DNA of 61,304 nt, counting the filler, from Chiloscyllium plagiosum (Eukaryota): the NCBI RefSeq assembly GCF_004010195.1. It is 5 parts of one record of this genome, joined end to end, with 100 filler letters (N's around TTAATTAATTAA, not from the genome) between each part and the next. Parts side by side here need not be neighbours in the genome. Positions count along the whole stretch, not along the records: positions 22,816 to 37,767 come from NC_057715.1; 4 more parts are not named here. One strand, written 5' to 3'. Positions within the stretch are counted from its first letter, which is position 1. The number at the start of each line of letters is the position of its first letter. Position numbers and translations under genes: made by a program. The notes beneath the pieces were generated by a model. The model had not been told where the DNA came from, searched no databases, and saw nothing but the letters and a program-made list of their open reading frames with translations. Positions 24,852 through 36,074 of this stretch are shown piece by piece.

Positions 24852-26316
24852 TTTGGATGTAAGATTACTCACTGAGCTGGAAGGTTCATTTCAGATGTTT
24901 TGTCACCATATTAGGTAACATCATCAGTAAAAGTCTGGTTAAGCATTGGTGTTATGCCCCGCTTTCTATTTATGTGTTTAGGTTTCCTTGCGTTGGTGGT
25001 ATCATTTCCTGTGGTGATATGAATTCCTGTTATTTTTTTCTCACAGGGCGGTAAATGGGATACAAGTCTATGTCTTTGTTGATAGCATTCCAGTTGGAAT
25101 GCCATGCTTCTGGAATTCTCGTACATGTCTATGTTTGGCTTGTCCTACGATAGATGTGTTGTCCCAGTCGAATGTGATGTCCTTTCTCATCTGTTTGTAA
25201 GGATACTAGTGAGAATGGGTCATTTTTCTTTATGGCTATTTGATGTTTATCTATCCTGGTGGCTAGTTTTCTGCCTGTTTGTCCAGTATAGTGTTTGTTA
25301 CAGTCCTTGTAAGATATTTTGTAAATGGAGTTCGTTTTGCTTGTTGTCTGAATAAGGTCTTTTAGGTCTGAGTAGTCTGGCAGTCATTTCTGAGATGTCT
25401 TTGATGTTGGGGAGAGTGGCTAGGGTTTCTGGCCATGTTTTGTCTGCTTGTTTGGGTTTGTTGCTGAGAAATCGGTGGACTGTGTTTATTGGGTATCCGT
25501 TCTTTTTGAATACACTGTAATTATTTCAACAGGCCACCACCCAATGCAGCACAGTGGAACTACAAAGAGCAGAGGAAAATCACCTATATAGTGTATTCAA
25601 AAAGAATGGGTACCCAATGAACACAGTCCACTGATTTCTCAGCAACAAATCCAAACAAGCAGACAAAACATGGCCAGAAACCCTAGCCATTCTCCCCTAC
25701 ATCAAAGACATCTCAGAAATGACTGCCAGACTACTCAGTTCTTTTGGCATCATGGTAGCCCACAAACCCACCAACACACTAAAACAACAGCTAATGAACA
25801 TAAAAAACTTCTTCAGACAACAAGCAAAATGAATGTCATTTAAAAAATACCTTGCAAGAATCATAACAAACACTACATTGGACAAACAGGCAGAAAACTA
25901 GCCACCAGGATACATGAAAATCAACTAGCTACAAAAAGACATGACCCACTCTCACTAGTATCCTCACATAAGGATGAGGAAGGACACCACTTTGACTGGG
26001 ACAACACATCCATCCGAGGACAAGCCAAACAGAGACACACACAAGAATTCCTAGAAGCATGGCATTTCAATCGGAACTCTATCAATAAATACATGGACAT
26101 GGACCCCATTTACCACCCTCTGAGAAAAAAATAACAGGAAATGACATCACCTACCCAAGGAAACCTAAACACATAAATAGAAAGTGGAGCTTCACTGGAG
26201 ACTCACTGATGATGTTCCCTAGTATGGTGATGAAACATCTGAAAACAAACCTTCCAGCTCAGTGAGCAAACTTACATCCAGAACCTCAACCTGAGCTACA
26301 AATCTCAAAACTTGCT
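24852..26316. mobile_element. Penelope-like element as a head-to-head inverted pair (minus arm 24852-~25518, plus arm ~25520-26316)
   Basis: Plus arm encodes FKKNGYP, LPYIKDISEMTARLL, HYIGQTGRKLATRIHE, EFLEAWH (RT end plus GIY-YIG); both arms end in hammerhead motifs; 10-bp TSD aatatatcct (24842-24851, 26317-26326). Confidence 0.88.
26203..26242 (+). ncRNA. Minimal hammerhead motif (PLE family C)
   Basis: UCA CUGAUGA U GUUCCC UAGUAU GGUGAU GAAA CAUC UGA; helix I UCA/UGA. The mirror copy at ~24891-24929 (-) has GAAA>AAAA. Confidence 0.6.
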
Positions 26317-26479
26317 AATATATCCTGTTCTTGTATTTCAATTAAAGACCTTTTTTGCAGAAACTGTTTTCAACAATTAGTATATATATATAGAAATATA
26401 TATATATGACATGTCATTTCTTAAAGTCAAATTTATCTGTATACATTAAGTACATAAAGACGTTTTTATGGTAAGCAGG

Positions 26480-27100
26480 CCTCTGTTATTTTATGATTAA
26501 ATCTACGAATCTGTGGTTCTGTGATCAACTCAATGAGGTGGACGTTCAATGTCACAAATAGAAAGGAAAAGTATTCTCATCATATCTGTCTTTGATACAA
26601 TTTGGTCTGCTGGTTATTAAGCATCTTGAATTCTAGTTTGCATTGTCAACATACAGATAAACATTTGTGATTTGGCCGTTTGATTTGAACCCAATAATCA
26701 ACTTCAAATTGTGGTTGCCTTGCGTGTGTCAAAATACACTTTTGCTTTCCCTTGCCACTTTGCGATTTTATTATGTTTGCTCTGACATTCCCATTAAGTA
26801 GTACCAGTGGCTTAAGAATTATCAGTGTCATGTGGAAGTTATGGCCGATTACAGGTTTGACTGGCATCTTCAGAAATTTATCTATGTCTCACTTCTAACT
26901 AAAGCTTGTTACATTTAACAAGGTTTTTCTCCAACCCTTTGATGCATGTTTATTCTGTCAATCTTGCTGAGGGCTTTGTCACAAGCTCTACAGTGTGACT
27001 TTAGATGACATTCACCAAATGTTCACAGGTAATGTTTCATGCTGTCAGATTTCTGGTTTCAGTAAGAACATATCTTCTTCATCTCTCCAGTATGTGTCTT
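26480..27100 (-). mobile_element. Highly degraded Gypsy-like integrase C-terminal remnant
   Basis: ORF 26646..26867 (..TLIILKPL..KQK..ARQPQFEVDYWVQIKRP) resembles the post-integrase region; GPYTVL lies on the minus strand at ~24797-24816 across the PLE insertion. Confidence 0.4.
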
Positions 27101-27112
27101 TTAATGACTCTT

Positions 27113-27341
27113 TTAGATTAGATTAGATTAGATTAGATTATACGGGCAATTTAGTATGGCCAATTCACCTAACCTGCACATCTTTGGACTGTGGGAGGAA
27201 ACCGGAGCACCCGGAGGAAACCCACACAGACACGGGGAGAACGTGCAAACTCCACACAGTCAGTCGCCTGAGTCGGGAATTGAACCCGGGTCTCTGGCGC
27301 TGCGAGGCAGCAGTGCTAACCACTGTGCCACCGTGCCGCCC
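27113..27341 (-). mobile_element. Young HE1-like SINE
   Basis: Minus strand gggcggcacggtggcacagtggttagcactgctgcctcgcagcgccagagacccgggttcaattcc; (taatc)n tail; CpGs retained. Confidence 0.9.
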
Positions 27342-29933
27342 ACTTAAGCAGAGGGAGAATCCCAAAGGCTTTATCACATAAATCATATGTGAAGTTTGTT
27401 CAGTTGTGTATCAGCAGATGTTTTAGCAGGCTTTAAAAAGTCTGAATGAAAGCCTTACACACCTCATATTGGAAACATCTCTCTTCCAAATGTGTCATTT
27501 TGTGGTATTGGACATATTTCTGTGAGAGAATGCATTCCCATAAGATTTGTGTTCCTTAAAATAACTTGAAGATTTACTTTTTGTAATAGTATAAGCAGGC
27601 TGCAGTCTCTTCTTTGGAAACACTATCTGAATGGATTGCCAAGATCTCCATTTCTAATATCAATGAACTTGACCTGGTTGGGCAGATGTAACTATAATTC
27701 CAAACCTAAGGTCTCTGTGTAACCTTTTCAAATCCAGCATGAAAGATTTTACCTAGAATGCAAAAGTTGTGGCATGTTCCATGGTCAAAACATTGTCTAC
27801 CATGAGAAGATGTTCCCTAATTAGTAGATTTGAAATATTTTTAATTATAAATGTTGGCATGGAGAATGCACCAGTTGGTTGACTATAATTTTCAAGGAAT
27901 TGCCCTGAAGAATGAAGCATAGGATGGATGTAACCTATTTTGTTGAGTTGGAACAGATGCAGTATGCATAAATGTTCCTTCTTTTTACAAAGAATGAGGC
28001 TGTGTATTATGTTATATATAGTTTATACATACAATATTTATTATATGTGCAAATCAAGTGCAAATTGGACACAAATTATTTCACTGGTTAGTGTACCAGA
28101 TTTACATATATAAGCCAATTACAATGACATCTCCACATCTTATTTAATGGATTTGTGGTATTGTTGGGTTTTCTGAGAGAATATATTATTCAGTCATCTC
28201 ACTTTTTATTTGCCCAAAAATATTTTCTAAGAACACTTACTACCATATCAAATATAAATAGATTGTCTATGAGCTGCTTGAATATTTGCTAGCCTTACTT
28301 TCCAAGACAATAAACAAACATTGTTTTCTTACTCATGTCTGACATGGTCAGTGTACCCTGAACCCAGGAGTCGTTAATTGAACTGTGATGAACTTTTACT
28401 TTATTTCCTTCTTATTTATGATTTTTGTTGTTAATTTAGGTGCTATGGTATGGCAACTTATAAAACTTTCCACTCTACTATTTTTGTAAAAATACGTTAC
28501 AATAAATTGCTATTCTGTTTTTTTCCCTGTAGCAACCAAATAGGCCTCAAACACAAATTCTGTTATTCCGAGGAAGTTCTGCTGTAAGGAACGAAATGGT
28601 CCTAAGGGTTGTAAAATGAAATAATTCTCTGACAGCCTCATTATCACATGCTATTTTTAACATTTGAGTTGCTCTCTATCTTATTTTTGCAATTTATCTC
28701 AGAGCAATGCAGAAATGACTCTAGTTCTATATCCATACAATTTATTAACAGAACTTTTAAAACATATTAGAAATTACAGAAATTTCAATTTGGATGTGGG
28801 CTTTGCAGGGAGTCCCAGATCTTTCTGGAATCTTTTCTCTTTGTGTGGAATCACTAATGGACTGATGCAGTTCAAGAAGGCTGCTCACCACCACCTTCTC
28901 AATAAATGATGGCCCAGCCAGAGATGGTTACAACTCAAGAAAAGAAAGAAGTCATTCCACTCTTTACCTCTACTCACATGTGGAAGCAATCAAGCACTGC
29001 AAAGAATCTGTGATCAGACTAAACACTACAACTGCAATTACCTTCTCTTGGTGAATGTGAATCAGTATGGGTGAAACAGTCAGCAGCATGTCATATCAGC
29101 AACATCAACAAAATGATTAACCACCGACATTTGCCTTTTCTTTTTTATTATAAACTCCTTTCCATCCCAAATGGACCAAAATTAATACTTTTACCAAGAG
29201 GTTTCATGAAATCAGTTAGGATCTTTGCTATTTGAAATACATACCAACCAAATGACACAAACAGTTTGGGTGAGAGTAATTTCAGAAAAGCACAGGGTCA
29301 CTTTTTGTGGCTCCAGACATGAAATGGAAAGTGTCAAGAGTACAAACATGGTCAACAACCACCTGTCATTTTCTACGCTAGGTCTGTATAAAATATATGT
29401 GTATAGCTAAGATTGAGATTTGATTTAATCGTATATGATTAAGGGTTCTGCTTTCTCCCGTGTTATAAATAGCTTGTGGACTTGTAGCTGGGAAGAATAA
29501 AATTTGATATTCATTCATTCCCAGAATGCTTGAGGGCAGAAAGGACCTTTAACAAGAAAACATCGCATCAGAAAGGACCATTTATTTGTTGGCACAGAAT
29601 GGTGAATGAGTGGTCAGAGTTCTTTCAGATAAGAAAATAGCCTCGATCACAAATAAATGATCAACACGGTAATTAAAAAAAACTAAAATAAAAGGCCAAA
29701 TTGGAAAACAATTCTTCTCTCACCATAATGTATCTTCATGGTCACAGGCAAGAGTGCAAGTAACCAATGTTCTACAAATCTTTTAAGACTTCCATTACAA
29801 CTTATGGAGAAAAATACGAATGAAGGAATCAATATTGATTGCATCTCAAAAGAAAACTGATTAAAATTGTTAAATTTCCATGTTTAAATATTGCTCAGAC
29901 ATCAAGTGTATCAAGACGGCATTGGTGACAGTA

Positions 29934-30435
29934 AGTAGGCCCAGTAGCGCGGATTCGAATGGGCCCAGCAGCATGGACTGGAGTGGGCCTCGCAGCATGA
30001 ATTTGAATGGGTCCAGCAGAGCCAATTTGTCTGGGCCCAGCAGCGCGGATTTGACTGGGCCCAGCAGCGTAAATTTTAGTGGACCCAGCAGCATGGACTC
30101 GAGTGGGTCTAGCAGCACGGACTGGAGTGGGCACAGCACTATGGACTCAAGTGGGCCCTGCAATGTGGACTTGAGTGGGCCCAGCAGCGAGAACTTGAAT
30201 GGGCTCGACAGCTCAAATTTGAGTGAGCCCAGCAGCACAGACTCAAATGGGCCCAGCAGTGCAAATTCAAGTAGGCCCAGCAGCGCAAATTCGAGTAGGC
30301 CCAGCAGCAAGACTCATTTGGGCCCAGCAGTGCAACTTCAAGGGGCCCAGCAGCACAGCTTTGAGTAGGCCTAGCAGCACAGATTTCAGTAGGCCCAGCA
30401 GCACGGACTTGAGTAGGCCCAGCAGTGAGGACTCA
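29934..30435. repeat. 24-bp minisatellite, ~21 copies
   Basis: Consensus agtgggcccagcagcacggacttg; gives the 8-aa repeat ORFs SGPSS.D. (+, 29880..30368) and LLGP.K.. (-, 29870..30310). Confidence 0.95.
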
Positions 30436-30941
30436 TAGCGGATTTTGTTTCCTGGCAGCTTCTGCATCATTGAGGCAATCTTAGAGCTGACTTATATCTA
30501 CTACGACAGAGGAGTGTTTGGGTGCCCGGTGGCACCTATGTCCAGTAAAGAGTCATGGACGTGAGTTTAGGCCAGATTGAGACCTGGCAACATTGGCAGT
30601 GGCTGCATCAGCGAGGTGGGCCCGAAGCAGATTCATGGTGACGGTGGAGTTGAATTTGGGCTGGTGCAGTACCCTGCAGCATCAGTGGCTCCTAAATTGA
30701 CAAAGTCCAGCAAGGACTCATGGGGAGAACGCCACGGTGGAAGTGAGATGGCACTGGTGAGTGGCAACTTTCATTCCAATGGCGGCGGTGCAATGAAGAG
30801 GACTTGTGCCTGGCCACCAGGCTCATGGCCCATGACAGAACACTTAACAAGTAGTGTAATGTTGAACAGATTTTCTTTATTTCTTCATTTTTTTTCCTTT
30901 ATATGTGATGCTTTGGTTTATCTTGCTGTGTTTCATCATTG

Positions 30942-31299
30942 ATAGAATCATCATAAAATCCCACAGAGTGGAAACAGGCCATTTGGCCCAACAAGTCCAT
31001 ACCAACCCTCTGAAGATAATTCCACACCGACCCGTTCCCCTATCCTATTACTCTACTTTTCCCATGACTAATGCACCTAACCTCTACATCCCTGAACACT
31101 ATGGGGCAATTTAGCATGGCCAATTCACCTGACCTGCATATCTTTTGACTGTGGGAGGAAACTGGAGCACCCAGAGGAAACCCACACAGACCCGGGGAGA
31201 ATGTGCAAACTCCACACAGACAGTCGCCTGAGGCTGGAACCGAACCTGGGTCTCTCGCACAGTGAGGCAGCAGTGCTAACCATGAGCCATTGTGCTGCC
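30942..31299 (-). mobile_element. HE1-like SINE
   Basis: Full head-to-tail SINE on the minus strand, inserted just before a Rex1-type tail (gtgacaataaataaatcaaattgaatcaaatc, ~31368-31400). Confidence 0.85.
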
Positions 31300-31893
31300 T
31301 TTTAAGATGGCCTCGGACAGCGGTGACACCATACAACAAGTTTCACTGTATTTGTAACAAAATACATGTGACAATAAATAAATCAAATTGAATCAAATCA
31401 AAGATGTATTCAAATGTTTTACAGGTTATTTACAAACTAATAAAATGGTGTCAAGTCCAAAAATCTTGTACTTAGCTTGCACTGACAAGTTGTTCACTGA
31501 CCTGAATCTAGGCTTACTTGTTCTTCACACTACTGCCAAGAAATGGCAAGACAGGTGCCAGACACATCTCTGAAGACCCATGACAGAACAGACTCCATGA
31601 CAGACCAAGGCAACAATGTTGATGGATGTACAGGAACTGGAGTTTCCTGCTGTCCAGGTAAGCACTACATATCCTAGGATTTGGCGATTAACCCTCAAGA
31701 TCCTGTTGAATACAAATCTGGAGAATAATTGTGCATTGCCGTGATAAGGTGAAGGTTTCTTGTTATAAATTACATTTAAGGTCAAGGAAGAATATTTTTG
31801 ATTCGTCAATTATTGCCCAATCAGGCATCATTTTCAGGTGGTGGGGGAAGGCAGGGCCCTGTGGGGTAGAAATGTTGGGTGACCAAGGGCTGA

Positions 31894-32063
31894 GGAGAAA
31901 GTGAGGACTGCAGATGCTGGAGATCAGAGCTGAAAATGTGTTGCTGGAAAAGCGCAGCAGGTCAGGCAGCATCCAAGGAGCGGGAGAATCGATGTTTCGG
32001 GCATGGCTTATGCCCAAAATGTCGATTCTCCTGCTCCTTGGATGCTGCCTGACTTGCTGCGCT
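31894..32063. mobile_element. Short fold-back Penelope-like terminal-repeat insertion
   Basis: Two inverted arms join at hammerhead stem II (cgggcat|ggcttatgccc); 14-bp TSD tgaccaagggctga (31880-31893, 32064-32077). Confidence 0.85.
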
Positions 32064-32655
32064 TGACCAAGGGCTGATCAAGCCTCCAAGAGCATGGCCG
32101 ATTTATAGTTGGCAGCACTAACGGGACGGACACTAACCTCCACACCCCGCGCCCCCAACCTCCCAACCCATCTCAGAGCAGTTGTATGCAGAGACTGTGT
32201 AAGTAACAGGAGAATTAGCTGAAAAGAAGAAAGCTCTTACAACTGGCACAGACCAAGCCTCTACTTGACACGAAAAGGCTGGACAGTGTGTCAAAAGTCA
32301 AGCAAGGCACTGGCTGAAATGCAAGTATCTTTGGTGAAGTTTTCTCGCTGCTGTTCTTTTCAAAGGTCTAGAGATGCTCAAATACAAAGCAAAGGTAAGA
32401 TTTCTGTTGCTGGTGATGTACGCAGTGTGGCTTTCAGAGATTATCCCCCACATACACTGATGCACTGACAAGATATTCACTGAGCTGAAGCAAGGCTTAC
32501 TTGCTCTTCAGGCTACTGCCAAGCAATGGCAGGACAGGTGCCTGATGCATGAGCAGTGAACATCTCTCAAGACCCATGACAGAACAGACTCCATGACAGA
32601 CCAAGGCAAAAACACAGATGTTGTTTTTGCAGCTGTTGTTGCCCATATTAACTAT

Positions 32656-33225
32656 TGAGTCATAGAATCATAGAGTCATACAGCTCAGAAACAGCACAGG
32701 TCCAACCAGTCTATGCTGACCACAATCTCAAACTAAACTAGCCTCAGCTGCCTGCGCTTGACGCATACCATCCAAACCTTTCCTATTCATGTACTTATCT
32801 AAATGTCTTTTAAATGTTGTAACTGTATTCACATCCATCATCCTCCCTAAAGGTTCATTCCATACACGAACCACTCTCTGTGTAAAAAAACTGCCCCTCA
32901 TGTCATTTAATATATTTTTAAAACCTTTCCCCTCTCACCTTAAAAATATGCCTTCTCATTTTTAAATCCAGCATCGGAGGGGAAAAAAAACTCCTTGTTA
33001 TTCACCCTATCCATGCCCCTCATGATTTTATAAACCTCTATAAGGTCACCTTTCAACCTCCTACTCTCCAGCGGAAAAAGTCCCAGCCTATCCAGCCTCT
33101 CCTTATAACTCAAACCCTCCAGTCCTGGCAACAACCTGGTAAATCTCTTCTGAACCCTCTCCAGCTTAATAATTTCCTTCGTCGAACAGGGAGACCAGAA
33201 CTGGACACAGTACTCCAGGAGAGGA
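32656..33225 (-). mobile_element. CR1 3' end
   Basis: LEYCVQFWSP..ERVQKRFTRLLPGLEGLSYKERL in ORF 32940..33392; (gagtcata)n tail. Confidence 0.88.
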
Positions 33226-33681
33226 TTTGCAAAAGAGAAAAATGCCATTTCCTCTGTTGTTACTCTGTTAGCTTTAAAATCTAATCTCCTGTATTTTGTG
33301 ATAAACTTTAAATGAGGCGATCTTTGGTCATATTTTCTCTGATCCCTAGAAGAATCTACCTGGGAGAGGTTTCTGAGCAGGTTAATATTCAAATGAATTG
33401 CCCGCTGTGCTTGTGCCCATGTTGTGTCACTGGCTGCATTATGTTCATTGCTGTTCTCTGGTACATTTTGTAATAATGTTACACTAAATGGTGCTGCATA
33501 ACTCTAAATTGTGATTGCGTGAAGTGTAGCTGCTACCGAGACATATTTGGCTTGTATTTTACATCAAAAATATGCACTTTTCAACAATTTTCACAAAGGG
33601 GCCAAATGTTAATCATTCCACGCTGAAAGTTTGTTTTGTTAAAGGCTATCAAAAATTCATCCATGACCGTTAACGAATTAG

Positions 33682-34045
33682 GGACAGCATGGTGGCTCAA
33701 TAGTTAGCACTGCTGCCTCACAGCACCAGGGATCTGGGCTCGATTTCACCCTTGAGTGACTGTCTGTGTGGAGTTTGCACATTCTTCCTGTGTCTGCATG
33801 GGTTTCTGGCTCTAGTTTCCTCCCACTGTCCAAAGATGTGCAGACTTGGTGGATTGGCCATACTAAATTATCCATAGTGTCCAGGAATGTGCAGGCTAGT
33901 TGGAATAGCCATGGGAAACACAGGATTACAGTGATAGAATGGGGTGCTGGGGCTAGGTCTGGGTGAGATTCCCTTTGAAGGGTTGGTGTAAACCTGATGG
34001 ACTGAATGGCCTGCTTCCACATTGTAAGAATTCTAGGATTCTAAA
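33682..34045 (+). mobile_element. HE1-like SINE
   Basis: A/B box head and CR1-like tail. Confidence 0.8.
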
Positions 34046-34134
34046 TAAAAACACTAAACAGTGAAGTGCATTGAAACAATTATGAAACCTCAGCAGAATG
34101 GTATTGTCTGAAGAAGAGGAGACTTATGACAAGG

Positions 34135-34676
34135 GAGTTTTTGTTGCAAACGTTTCGTCTCCTGTCTAGGTGACATCCTCAGTGCTTGGGAGCCTCCTGT
34201 GAAGCGCTTCTGTGGTGTTTCCTCCGGCATTTATAGTGGCCTGTCCCTGCCGCTTCCGGTTGTCAGTTTCAGCTGTCCGCTGTAGTGGCCGGTATATTGG
34301 GTCCAGGTCTATGTGTTTGTTGATGGAGTTTGTGGATGAGTGCCTTGCTTCTAGGAATTCCCTGGCTGTTTTTTGTTTGGCTTGCCCTATAATGGTAGTG
34401 TTGTCCCAGTCGAATTCATGTTGCTTGTCGTCTGCGTGTGTGGCTACTAGGGATAGCTGGTCGTGTCGTTTCGTGGCTAGTTGATGTTCGTGGATGCGGA
34501 TCATTAGCTGTCTTCCTGTTTGTCCTATATAGTGTTTTGTGCAGTCCTTGCATGGGATTTTGTACACTACATTAGTTTTGCTCATGCTGGGTATCGGGTC
34601 CTTCATTCTGGTGAGTTGTTGTCTGAGAGTGGCTGTTGGTTTGTGTGCTGTTATAAGTCCTAGTGGTCGCAGTAGT
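34135..34676 (-). mobile_element. Penelope-like element 3' part (GIY-YIG endonuclease)
   Basis: ORF 34166..34606 NVVYKIPCKDCTKHYIGQTGRQLMIRIHEH..REFLEA. Confidence 0.92.
34146..34185 (-). ncRNA. Minimal hammerhead ribozyme (PLE family B)
   Basis: GCA CUGAGGA U GUCACC UAGACA GGAGAC GAAA CGUU UGC; helix I GCA/UGC and palindromic ACGU. Confidence 0.75.
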
Positions 34677-34923
34677 ACTACTGGTGAGACGAAGCAGCAT
34701 ATTCCACTCTGGGCTGCAGGCTGAAGCCACTTGAATGAGGAAACACTTCAACAGCAGCACCTGAAATCAGGGCTTGACTGAATTTTTCTTCTTGTGGTGG
34801 TTTAGGTGGCAGTCTGTAATCATAACCTACCTCTCTGGGAAGGTGGAAGCTGGTGGAGCTCTTTATTCCACGGGTTATCTTGTAACTAGCTCAGATTGTC
34901 GATACCTGAGTTAAGACTCAACA

Positions 34924-35009
34924 TGGAGGCAAAAAGTGTGGCGCTGGAAAAGCATAGCCGGTCAAGCAGCATCTGAGGAGCAGGAGAGTCAACATTTCAA
35001 GCATAAGCC
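34924..35009 (-). mobile_element. Tiny 5'-truncated Penelope-like terminal repeat
   Basis: 11-bp TSD aagactcaaca (34913-34923, 35010-35020); the 5' end falls in hammerhead stem II. Confidence 0.7.
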
Positions 35010-36074
35010 AAGACTCAACACCACAACTCGATAACAAGAATAAGGACAAATGGTGGAGCATGTAGGAGCAAGTAGCATTTCAACAAGGAAACATTTAACA
35101 CAGATTGAATCATTCTGTCAAAATAGAAACCAAAGTTATTAGCCTGAACAATGTATGAATGAAAAACTAGTGCAAAGATTTGAGTTTGATGAGGTGAAGT
35201 GATATTAAATTTGATTCTTTTGCTTTGTTGTCACTCAGTTTTACATTGAATTCAGTGATGGTTAAAGAAGGATGCTTTTTAATTTTACTTGCTGTCACTG
35301 GATTCCTCCTGGAATAGATTGATTTCATTAAACATATTTCAGCTGACAACACAAAGTTCAAAGGTCTATGGAGCACTAATAGATTCTATCTCATTCTGAC
35401 AGCCACCTCAAAACCCCCAGTGATCTTTATAAACATGAGCTACCTGCACTACCAGCACATCCAGGATGTCGCTACACAGCAGCACATCAATGAGCCCATC
35501 AAGTGATATCTGTAACACAAGGAAGCTGAGTCATCCACTGAAGCTGAGGGAAGAGCATTCTCCACAAGAATCCACTTTTGTCACATCCCCACCAATGAAA
35601 CTCATTCCAAATTATTATATGCACAAAACAAATAAATCATAAGAAAATAGGGTCAATGTTTCTTGGAACAAATATCCTGCATGGTGCTATTTTCTTGGAA
35701 TGCCAAGTTGCATATTGCACTTTGGATAATATGAACACATGCTCATCTGCAATTAGCCAAGATGAACTAAATTGCATTTCCACCTCCCCAGCAGGGAGGG
35801 CCGCATACTGCAATTAGAGTGACTGTCTCCCATGAAATAAAATAAGTAATTGACCCAAGGATAGAGAGTAAGGGAATTGATGGTGACCAGAGAGTTGGGG
35901 TTGGGTAAGGTAGGGTGTAGTACTGGTGACCTTAAAGATGTGACTGGGGGAGAGTTTTGGTGATCATAACTCCCCCCATCGAAGAATCCAACAGGTAAGG
36001 TGTGTTTCTAACAAACTATTTGAGGATTAAGGGACCAAAAGCACCTTTTAAGGGTCATGGGACAAATATTTAAT

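Noticed and set aside
27290..27341. tRNA gene-like A/B boxes (also at 3757, 17405, 33682, 44741, 58115)
   Set aside because: These are SINE heads continuing into SINE body and CR1-like tail, not tRNA genes.
29934..30435. 24-bp repeats as a CRISPR-like array or a mucin/DSPP-like gene
   Set aside because: Units are contiguous with no unique spacers, the context is eukaryotic, and the ORF has a frameshift and no convincing gene structure.
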